Shown piece by piece: positions 8,017 through 17,200 of a stretch of DNA of 27,488 nucleotides (position 1 is the first letter of the stretch; every line of letters begins with the position of its first letter). Source of the stretch: a virus (lineage: Duplodnaviria > Caudoviricetes); IMG/VR virus record IMGVR_UViG_3300032332_000359, positions 1 through 27,488 of that record; one strand, written 5' to 3'. The notes below the pieces were generated by a model. The model saw nothing but the letters and a program-made list of their open reading frames with translations, was not told the origin of the DNA and ran no database searches. Both the position numbers and the translations under genes were made by a program.

Positions 8017-9723
8017 ATGGGTACTAGTACTACAAACCAAAATGTTACGCAGGTCACATCGAACATCGGTGCGGCCCAGCAACCATATTACAACGCCGCG
8101 ATGCAGGGTGCCCAGACTCTGCTTTCTACCAAAACACCCATGTACGACCGAGAGCGTATTGAGGGGTTTACAAACCAGCAGAAAAATCTCCAAAATCAAG
8201 TAGCTGGTATGCAGACACCGGGCCAGTATGGCCAAGCGTCTAACCTTGCGGGTGCCGCTGGTCTTGGTGCACTTCAAGCAGGTCAATATAACACGGGTCA
8301 GTTTGGCTCTCAGCAGATCGGTCAGCCTAACCTTCAGCAATACTCCATGCAGGGTGCGGACAACGTACAGGCCCAGCAATATGGTACACCACAGATGAGT
8401 GCGGCTCAGACGGGTTATAATGCCGGTCTAAATAACTACCAGATGCAGCAACCCGGCAATGTGCAGGGTAACAACGTGCAGTCTCAGGATATGCAGGCAG
8501 CGCAGACTGGGTACCAGCCTAACCTCAATTACTACCAGATGCAGGGTCCGGGTAGTTTTGGCTCCACTCAGGCCCAACAGTACATGTCGCCGTACATGCA
8601 GAGTGTGGTTGACGTTCAAAAGGACGAGGCTGTACGCGATGCGCAGAAGGGGCAGCTTGCTCAAAACCTTGGCGCTGTACGTCAGGGTACTTATGGTGGT
8701 GCCCGTCAACTTCTTGCCCAGACAGAAAACCAGCGCAACTTGAATACCCAGCTTGGTAGTATCCAAGCCCAAGGGTCGCAGCAAGCGTTTCAGAACGCGC
8801 AGCAGCAGTTCAATACAGAGCAGGCTGCGCAGCAGCAGGCTGGCCAACAGAACCTCAATGCTAATCTGCAAACGCAGCAGCTTGGTACCCAGACGAATGC
8901 GCAGACTGCGCTTGCTAACCTCTCGAACGAGCAGCAGTCACGGGTTAATAACCAAGCCCAGCAGTTCCAAGCTCAAGGGATGAACGCTCAACAGGCTATG
9001 CAGGCTGCACTTGCTAATCAGCAAGCTGGTCTAACCACAGGTCAACAGAACCTTAGTGCTAACTTGCAGACACAGCAGCTTGGTACCGAGACTGGTGTGC
9101 GCACCGCGCTGGCTAACCTTGACGCTGCCTCGCAGGCAAATGTGCAGAACCTAGCAGCGCAGCTACAGACACAAGGTCTTAACTCTGAGCAAGCTATGCG
9201 TGCCGCGCTAGCTAACCAACAGTCGCAACTTACCACGGGGCAGCAGAATCTTAGCGCTGCACTGGATACCCAGCGCCTCGGTGCCCAGACAGGTCTAGCT
9301 GCGCTCCAGTCTAACCAGCAGTCGGACCTTGAGCGCCAACGTATGGCAGAACAGTCGCGTCAGTTTGGTGCGCAGCAGGGTCTTGCAGGTATGGCTCAGG
9401 CTAACCAGTCGGCCCAGACACTTGCTAATATTGGCTCGACTCAGCAGAACTCGGACGCACAACGTCTTGCAATGCAACAGCAGACAGCGGCGCAAGAGCA
9501 AGCGTACAACCAGTCACTGCGCGATATAGATTACCAAGATTTCCAGAAAGCAGTTAACGATCCATACTCAAGGCTTCAGCAGTATATGAACCTAATGAGC
9601 GGTGTGCCTCAGGCTAAGACGGTTACGGAATCAACAACCGTACCTACTCCGTCGATTGGCCAACAGCTTCTGGGTGCCGGAGTAACAGCAGCTGGTGCGT
9701 ATAACATGATTAAGGGCGGCTAA
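8017..9723 (+). CDS. Gln-rich probable ejection (DNA transfer) protein
   Basis: 568 aa, very Q/A/N/G-rich; YMSPY...GTYGGARQ motif; 66-aa internal repeats; hydrophobic Gly/Ala-rich C-terminus. Confidence 0.65.
   Translation: MGTSTTNQNVTQVTSNIGAAQQPYYNAAMQGAQTLLSTKTPMYDRERIEGFTNQQKNLQNQVAGMQTPGQYGQASNLAGAAGLGALQAGQYNTGQFGSQQIGQPNLQQYSMQGADNVQAQQYGTPQMSAAQTGYNAGLNNYQMQQPGNVQGNNVQSQDMQAAQTGYQPNLNYYQMQGPGSFGSTQAQQYMSPYMQSVVDVQKDEAVRDAQKGQLAQNLGAVRQGTYGGARQLLAQTENQRNLNTQLGSIQAQGSQQAFQNAQQQFNTEQAAQQQAGQQNLNANLQTQQLGTQTNAQTALANLSNEQQSRVNNQAQQFQAQGMNAQQAMQAALANQQAGLTTGQQNLSANLQTQQLGTETGVRTALANLDAASQANVQNLAAQLQTQGLNSEQAMRAALANQQSQLTTGQQNLSAALDTQRLGAQTGLAALQSNQQSDLERQRMAEQSRQFGAQQGLAGMAQANQSAQTLANIGSTQQNSDAQRLAMQQQTAAQEQAYNQSLRDIDYQDFQKAVNDPYSRLQQYMNLMSGVPQAKTVTESTTVPTPSIGQQLLGAGVTAAGAYNMIKGG
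8842..9300 (+). repeat. 198-nt (66-aa) degenerate repeat, about 2.3 copies
   Basis: GQQNL(N/S)A(N/A)L(Q/D)TQ(Q/R)LG starts at 8842, 9040 and 9238, exactly 198 nt apart. Confidence 0.85.
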
Positions 9724-9725
9724 AA

Positions 9726-11237
9726 ATGGAATCAAAACCTTATACCATTCAGTCACCTGAGCAGATTGCTAAGGACTACGGCGGCAACAAGCAAAAGATT
9801 GCTGAAGCTATGCAGATGGGTATCGTTGATCCCACGGCTGGCACGATGGCAGGTATGTTTATTGACCGTATGCGGTCTGCCGCACAGACGGAACAAGCCC
9901 CACAACAAACGGTAGCCCAGCAAGTATTTGCTCCTCCTGCTCCGCCTACGGGGGGTATCGGTATGCCTGCACCACAGGGTGCCCCTCCACAGGGTGCTCC
10001 TCCCGCTGGTCTTGGTGGTACGCCAGAAGCTGCACAGATGCAGGCTCCTATGCCCGAAATGGGTGCACCTGAGATGCCTGCACCTGAGATGCCTACGGAA
10101 GAGGCACCGATGGAAATGGCTGAAGGTGGGCTTGCTTCGCTACCTATACCTGACACAATGTTCGATGAACCCAACAACGGTGGCTACGCTGACGGTGGTG
10201 TTATAGCATTTGCTGGAGGCGGGCCGCTAGGTCCTTACTACGAAGAAACCATATTAAAGACTATCCCCGGAACAACTGTAACAAGCCGCCAAAGAAGTGC
10301 CGCAGACAATGCACGAGTAGGTGGGGTACCTAATAGCTACCACCGGACGGATAACGCACGCGACTTCGTACCTCCTAAGGGTATGGATGCTGCTACATTT
10401 GCTAGCCTAGTAAAACGTACGCTTGGTAAGGGCACAGACGTAATTAACGAAGGCGACCATGTGCACACAGAGCCGGGGTCTAGGAACAGCCGTATGGTTG
10501 CGCCGATGCCACGTGAAACCGATACTACAACAGCCGCAGGGCGTGGTGCATCTCTTGAGGATCAAATTGCGTTTGCTAACAGCATGTATGCTGGGCTTCC
10601 TCATGAAGCTATGGACCGTGCAAAAGCGGCTAATCTTGAAGAGCTTGATCCCGAGAAGATAAAGAAGCAGGATAAGTACAATCAGGCTGAAGCCCTTACC
10701 CTTGCTGGTTTGACGTTAATGACTGGTGGTGACGACTATAATGGTGAGCCTGTGGGCGTATCTATTGCGAAGGCCCTTAAAACCGGACTGCAAAAGTATG
10801 GAGAGTCGAAGGCAACTCAGAAAGCTGCTAAGAGCACGGCGGTTCGTGAACTCATGGCCCTTGAAGATATTGACCGTAAGACCGCTGTTGCTGGTGTCGA
10901 GCTTGGTATGGAAGCCTTTAAGGTTGGCCTAACGGCGGAACAGCAACAACGCACGCTAGCGTTCCAAGAGAAAGAACTTACCTCGCGTGAAACACAGGCG
11001 GGACTTGATCGGATTACGCAAAAGGAAATTGCCGCGCTTAAACCAAGCAACCCGTCTGATCTTGAGATTATGATGGCTATTATGCAAAATGGTACGCCTG
11101 AGCAGAAAACAGCACTTAAAGACGTTATGGACATGAAGAAGCAGCAGTCTGGTATGGCGCTTCCGGGTATGGAGGGTACTGGTAATACCGGAGTAGACCT
11201 GTCAAAGTGGGGCCAAGCAACCGTCGTACCGCAGTAA
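9726..11237 (+). CDS. probable ejection protein with a peptidase M15-like (Zn peptidoglycan peptidase) domain
   Basis: VTSRQRS...NARVGGVPNSYHRTDNARDF...EGDHVH gives H-x6-D (10341, 10362) and H-x-H (10458-10466); Pro/Met-rich linker before it, helical region after. Confidence 0.7.
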   Translation: MESKPYTIQSPEQIAKDYGGNKQKIAEAMQMGIVDPTAGTMAGMFIDRMRSAAQTEQAPQQTVAQQVFAPPAPPTGGIGMPAPQGAPPQGAPPAGLGGTPEAAQMQAPMPEMGAPEMPAPEMPTEEAPMEMAEGGLASLPIPDTMFDEPNNGGYADGGVIAFAGGGPLGPYYEETILKTIPGTTVTSRQRSAADNARVGGVPNSYHRTDNARDFVPPKGMDAATFASLVKRTLGKGTDVINEGDHVHTEPGSRNSRMVAPMPRETDTTTAAGRGASLEDQIAFANSMYAGLPHEAMDRAKAANLEELDPEKIKKQDKYNQAEALTLAGLTLMTGGDDYNGEPVGVSIAKALKTGLQKYGESKATQKAAKSTAVRELMALEDIDRKTAVAGVELGMEAFKVGLTAEQQQRTLAFQEKELTSRETQAGLDRITQKEIAALKPSNPSDLEIMMAIMQNGTPEQKTALKDVMDMKKQQSGMALPGMEGTGNTGVDLSKWGQATVVPQ

Positions 11238-11246
11238 GGACTACCT

Positions 11247-14200
11247 ATGCCTGTTTACCAGATTACCGCGCCAAACGGTAAAACCTATAGGATTTCAGGG
11301 CCTCCTAATGCTTCACAAGCTGAAGTGGCTGCTGCGGTCATGGCTCAAAACCCTGAAGCCAGTGGCAAAGAGCAAGAAAACATGCTCGAAAAAATCCCCG
11401 TTGTCGGTGGGTTGCTGGCCGGTGCTGCGGACATCCCGCTCAATGTTGTCTCTGGGTTAGCCAGTACAGGTAAGAGCTTCACCGATGTGTTCGGTGCGGG
11501 CAACTCTGCCTCCGGTATGCTCGACACCGTAGCTAAATATGCAGAGAGCCTGACATCCGCCCAGTCCCGCGAAGACGAGAAGACTGCCGCTGCTATACGT
11601 AAGGCCGCAGAAGGTAAGGGTATCTGGGAAGAAGTCAAAGCCGCTGCCAGTTCGTTTATGGTTAACCCGCTTGATACTGCTGCTAACGTAGTAGGCTCTG
11701 CAATACCCTTTGCTGCCGCTGCCGCTGCCGCCCCTGAAACTGGTGGTTTAAGTCTTGCGCCTTTAGCGCTTGGCGCTGTGTCAGGTGTTGGTACGATCAA
11801 GGGTAGTATCAGCGATGCCGTGTATGCACGTGCTAAAGAAGCGGGTGTATCCGATGCGCAAGCTAAAACAATGGCTGAAGAAGCTCAGGCTTACGACGGC
11901 AAGAACCTAGATCAGATTGCTTTGGGCGGGGCACTTGGTGCTGCTGCTAGTGCGACAGGTCTTGAAGGACAGCTTGGGCGTCTAATTGCTAAACGCGCTG
12001 TCAAAGATGTTGTTGAAGGGGCAGTTGAGAAAGAAGCTACACGCGGTGTCGCACGGCGCACGGCTAAAGGGTTTGCAGAAGAAGCATTACCCGAAGCTGC
12101 TCAGGCTGGCCAAGAACGGTTTTCACAGAATCTTGCTCAGCAACGTGCAGGATATGATACCGACCTTATGGCTGGTGTGGCTGGGCAAGCTGCGTTTGAA
12201 GGTCTGGCTGGTGGTATCCTTGGCGGTATTGGTGGTGCGTCACCGGAGAGCCAGCCTTACGTTGCTCCTACTGAAGAAGAACAGTCTGCGCAGATATCGG
12301 CGGCTGAAGAAGCTATAGGTCAGTCTGAGCTACCAGAAGCTCAAGACCCTCAGATTAAGGCACGTGCTGCTGAGATTATACGGAACATCGGGGGCAGCGT
12401 CGATGAAGCCATTGGTATCGCTCTTGACGAGCGAGACACGCAACTTGCGCGTGCCGCGCAGACGGAGGAAGAAACTAATGATGGAACTGACGTTGGAGGA
12501 GGTGAGCCAAGCGTTTCTGTTTCTGACACTACAGAAGCGGGGCAAGGACTTGCCGGAGAAACTACAGAATCTGGAACTGGACCAGTGGGAGTTGCTGGGG
12601 CACCTGCTGGACGATCTAATGTACAAGAAGTTGAGGGTGCTGACCCACTAGAAACAGTTGCGCCTGTAGCTGCGCCAATATCAATCATACCACCAATAGA
12701 TCAGGTTAGCCCTAAAGCTCAAATCACCGAACAACTTGCACCTACCGGACAGGCCGCACCTACCGCTACTCCGGCACCTGAAGTTGCACCTGCTGACCTT
12801 AAAAATATGACGCAGGCGGAGTACGCCGAGTATCTTAAGAGTAATCCCAACGGCAAAGGTGTGCAGACTTACAATGAATTAACAGCGCGTCCAGAGTATC
12901 GCGGGCTAACTGCTGACGAACGTGCACAGCTTTTTAAAGATAACGAAGCGGCTGTGCGTGCGTATAGTAAAATGATGAATGACCTCAATGTTGATGTTGA
13001 AGGTATAACGCAGCGTAACGCAAGTTCGGGGTGGGAACATTTTATCTTTGGTACGGGTACAAGTGGAGACAGCAGTACCCATAAATCATACGCAACCCTT
13101 TCCGATGCTTTAGCACTAACCCCCGAGGATATTAAAGGGTATCTTAACTTTGTACGTGATAATGGATACAATGGGCAGGTTAAATTCCCTTCAATGGGTA
13201 GTCGTGCGCTTACTTCGTTTGATAACATCGTCATGCACGGTGCAACCGAAGCAGATGCCCAGTTAGGTTCTAAGCTCGCACAAGCTTATTTCGGTGACCG
13301 TGTGACTTCCACTATGCAGGGAGTTGACGCTAACGGAAAAAGTCATTCTCAACTACTTGAAGATGAAGTTGATGCTGCTCGTAGTGCACCAAAAGCAGAA
13401 GCCGCACCTGCAACAAAAGTAGAAACCGAACAAGCTAACCCGGGGGAGAATATTGCTGCTCCTACGCCAGCACCTGCTATAGAGTTACCGCCTGAAGTGC
13501 AGGAAGCTCAGGCTGAAGTTGACCAGTATAACCCCGGCTTTGAAATCCGTTATAACGCGGACCTCAACCCGCGTCGCCGGTACTCCTATGGGCTTCCGGG
13601 CAGTAAAAACATATTCTACTCACCCAGCCTTGGGCCTATCAAGCGCCGTATCATTGAGATCGAGAAGCCTATCCAGCCAAAGCAGACTGTCGATGGCGTC
13701 CCAGTTAGGAAGGTTCGTCCGGGTGACGCTGCTGGTACTAAACCAAAACCCAAACGGGAAGCACCGCTTCAGATCGAGCGGCCAAGCATTGCCGGTAAGT
13801 TGTCACCTGCCCAAGAAGAGCAGCAGAGCTTGCTCCTAGCTGAAATTGATGCAGCCCGTAACTCACTGCTAATTAACAACGCTGAGCGCACCGAGCTAGT
13901 AGAGATGCTTCGTACCCCAACAGGCAGAGACCTTGCGCGGAGTCGTGAGTGGACGCTTGCCACAGCAATTCAGAACGACATTAATAAACTCAAGGACGAA
14001 GGCAGCGCACTAAGAGGCGAGGAAAAGATACTTGCCAAGAAGCTAGGCCGTGATGTCCGTCTGGAACCAGAAGTAGATACAGAAGGTAACGTCACCGAAG
14101 AACTAACTGCGGAAGAAGCGGCGCTAGCAGAAAAGGTAGCGAACCTAAAGGAGCGCACTAAAACTCAGAATGACGCGCTGTCAAAAGCTAAGTCTGGTAT

Positions 14201-17200
14201 TTACAAACGCACCCGCGAAAAACTTGCGGAGCGTGTAGACACGCGTCAGAAGCGTATCGACCAACTCAAGCGCAACCGCGAGAAGGGCTTCATTAGCGAA
14301 GTTGTGTTTAGGCGTGAGATGGGTGAAGTGCGTCCCGAGCGTCCCATGTTCCGCAAAGGCAAAGGTAAAGCTAACGGTATTACGCTCGAAGAGCTTAACA
14401 ACGCGGTCAAGGAAATCACAAGCCGCTGGGGCGCAAGACTTGAGCCTAAGATGGTACAGTCTGTTGCGGACCTACCTCCTGCTATTCGCAAGGAGATTGA
14501 AGACCTTAATCGTACTGATTCGTTCGGCTTCTATAAGGACGGCAAAGCTTACCTGATTGCTGACAATATGAACGGCGTTGAGGACGTAGCACCCACGCTC
14601 TACCATGAGGCTCTTGGGCACCTTGGTCTACGTGAGCGGTTCCGTGAGGGTCTGGATGCTATTCTGGATGACATCTACCGTACCAATAAGGGTGTAGCTG
14701 CACTGGCCGATAAGTTCCTTAGTGCGAACGAAGACCTGTACTCAAAGGATGAAAACCCTACTGCTCGTGCAGTAGAAGAAGTTCTTGCGTCTGCGTCGGA
14801 AGCAGGCCCACTACGTGCGAGCCGGTTAGATAAGCTGCTGAAGTACATCAAAGACTTTGCTCGTCAGTACCTTGGCTTAGACTTGAAGTTCAGTGACCGT
14901 GAGGTGCGCACCATCCTAGCTATGGCTCATCAGCAAGCTCTCTCTGGCAACGATACTGTCATGGGTAGCTCGTCGATAATGTTCAGCACACCTGAGCAGA
15001 ACGAAGCAAAAGCCACAGTCGCTGACTTTGAGACTAAAGTCCAAGATGCAATGGACAAAGTGGGTACTACCACTAACGACCGTCGTGACCCTGAGACCTT
15101 CTCGCGGGGTATGCTTGGAAATATTGGCGCAGCGATATCAGGTAAGAGCATGAAGGACTGGCTAAGTTCCCTTGGTCCTACTGCCGTATCTACTGGGTTT
15201 ATTGGCCGGGGCGGATTAAATGCACTGCCGACAGATGGTATGCTAAACTACATGCTCACTAAGCTGGGTAAAAACCCTGTTACGGATGCTGTGTTTGCCG
15301 CTGCTGACCTTGTAGATCGTATGAATGGCACACGGGCAACAACCCGTCGCTTGCTCAGTAAGACTGTTAGCGACCTCAAAAAGTATCTTCTTTCGACTAA
15401 CGACAACAAACTTAGCGCCGCCATGGACTATGCCAACTACAACAACTTTGACATGCTTGCCTTGAAGGACGGCATGACATCGGAGGAGGCGTTCAAGACA
15501 GATGCAATCTGGCGTCGGTATACCAAGCTTTTGCAGAACCCTAAACTTTCTGCAAAAAAGAAAAAAGACTTTACGGAAAAACTAGTTAAACGTGAAGTTG
15601 AAGTAGAAGGTGCACGTAGGTTGTGGGACACACTGCCTAAGGAGGGTCGTGACCTTTACAAGCGCGTCCGCGATATGCACCGTGACATGTACCAGAGGCG
15701 TAGGTTCCTAATCAAAAAGCATATTCAGGATTTGAAGGACGCAGGTATGTCCGAAAAAACTGTGGCTAAGATGATGAAGGCATACCAAGAGCAGCAAGAG
15801 CGTGTCGGTGATATGGTCAATGCACCCTCCGCAGAGGATGCACATGTGGACTATCCTGAGGTGCCGCTAGGTCAGTTCCACAAGGAGTACTTCCCTAAGC
15901 GCCGCTACGGTAACTACTGGCTGCGTATAAAGAAGACCAAGTTCGGTGAGCCTGTCCTGCGCTTCTACGAAACTATGTCGGACCGTGATGCTGACTGGGA
16001 AGCCTCGGCTAAAGCGATGGGTGTCAAGAAGAACGACAAAACCTACTTCGACCTTGGTAACGATGTCGAGATGCAGCTTAAGGACCTAGAGGGCGTCAAC
16101 ACCAACACTGCCTTCAACAAGGCATTAAACCTTATCTCCGAGATCGACACGGATAACTTTTCCGAAGCGACTAAGACGCGCTTGCAAAACGATGTCTATC
16201 AGTTGTTCCTGCTATCCAGCCCTGAGGGGTCGGTGCGTAAGCAGTTCATTAAGTCTAAGAACCGCCTTGGTTGGAGTTCGGACATCCTACGTACTGTTGG
16301 GGCTACGGCTGAAGAATATGCGTCAGACGTTTCTCGTCTTGCTTTCGCACCGCAGATCGACAGGGAAATTAGAGCCGCTAAGGCTGCGTATGAAAGTGAG
16401 CCTGCCGACAAGAAGGTTATGTCCAGTGACTTTGTTACTAATCTTGAGTACCGTATCCAAGGTGACATGCAGCCTCAGACACAAGGGCTTGCAAACAAAA
16501 TCGTCCCTTGGATGAACCAGCTTGCGTATATAAGCTTCCTGACCGCACCTGCCACGGCTCTCGTCCAGATAGCCTCTCTGCCTATGCGCGTAGCCCCTAA
16601 CCTGTGGGGTAAGTACGGCATGGCCCAGACCACCCGTGCCATGGCTCGGTATATGAACGTGTTCACCAATGCGCCTAAGCTGGAAAGCATTGATACTTCG
16701 GGCCGTAAATCGTTCCGCATTTTGACCCTACTTGAGTCGCCCAAAGTGAAGAACAGCAAAAGGCACACAGATGCCCTAACCCGTGCGGCTAATGAGTATG
16801 GGATCATTATCCCGCTGTCTGAGTTCACGATGCACAACGAGCGCACCCCGCAGACCGCTGCTCAGGGTAAGGCAGGAGAAGTAAGACAAAAAGCCTACGA
16901 CGCTATGACGTACATGTTCGATACAACCGAGCAAATGACACGTGAAATTACGTTCATGGCAACCTATGACCTTGAGTATGATAAGCTGGAGAAAGCTGGC
17001 TTGTCCGCAGAGGACCGCCAGACCCGTGCCATCATAGCGGCTAAGAACACCGTTAACGATACGCTTGGGAACTACAGCAACTTTAACCGTCCTCCTATGA
17101 TGAAGGGTAGTGAGCTTGCCAAGGCACTGTTCTTGTTTAAGCAGTACTCTGTTATCACCACGCGCTTTTTTGTCGAAGGCTTCCGGGCAATTTTAGGTAA

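Noticed and set aside
10064-10094. 15-nt perfect tandem repeat (APEMP twice)
   Set aside because: Ordinary slippage in a Pro/Met-rich linker.
11986-12318. 110-aa +1-frame ORF in the giant gene, and the upstream extension 12364-12477 of the nested ORF
   Set aside because: Leu/Lys-rich shadow of GCT/GAA codons, no SD-ATG pair and no distortion of the host frame, unlike 12478-12651.
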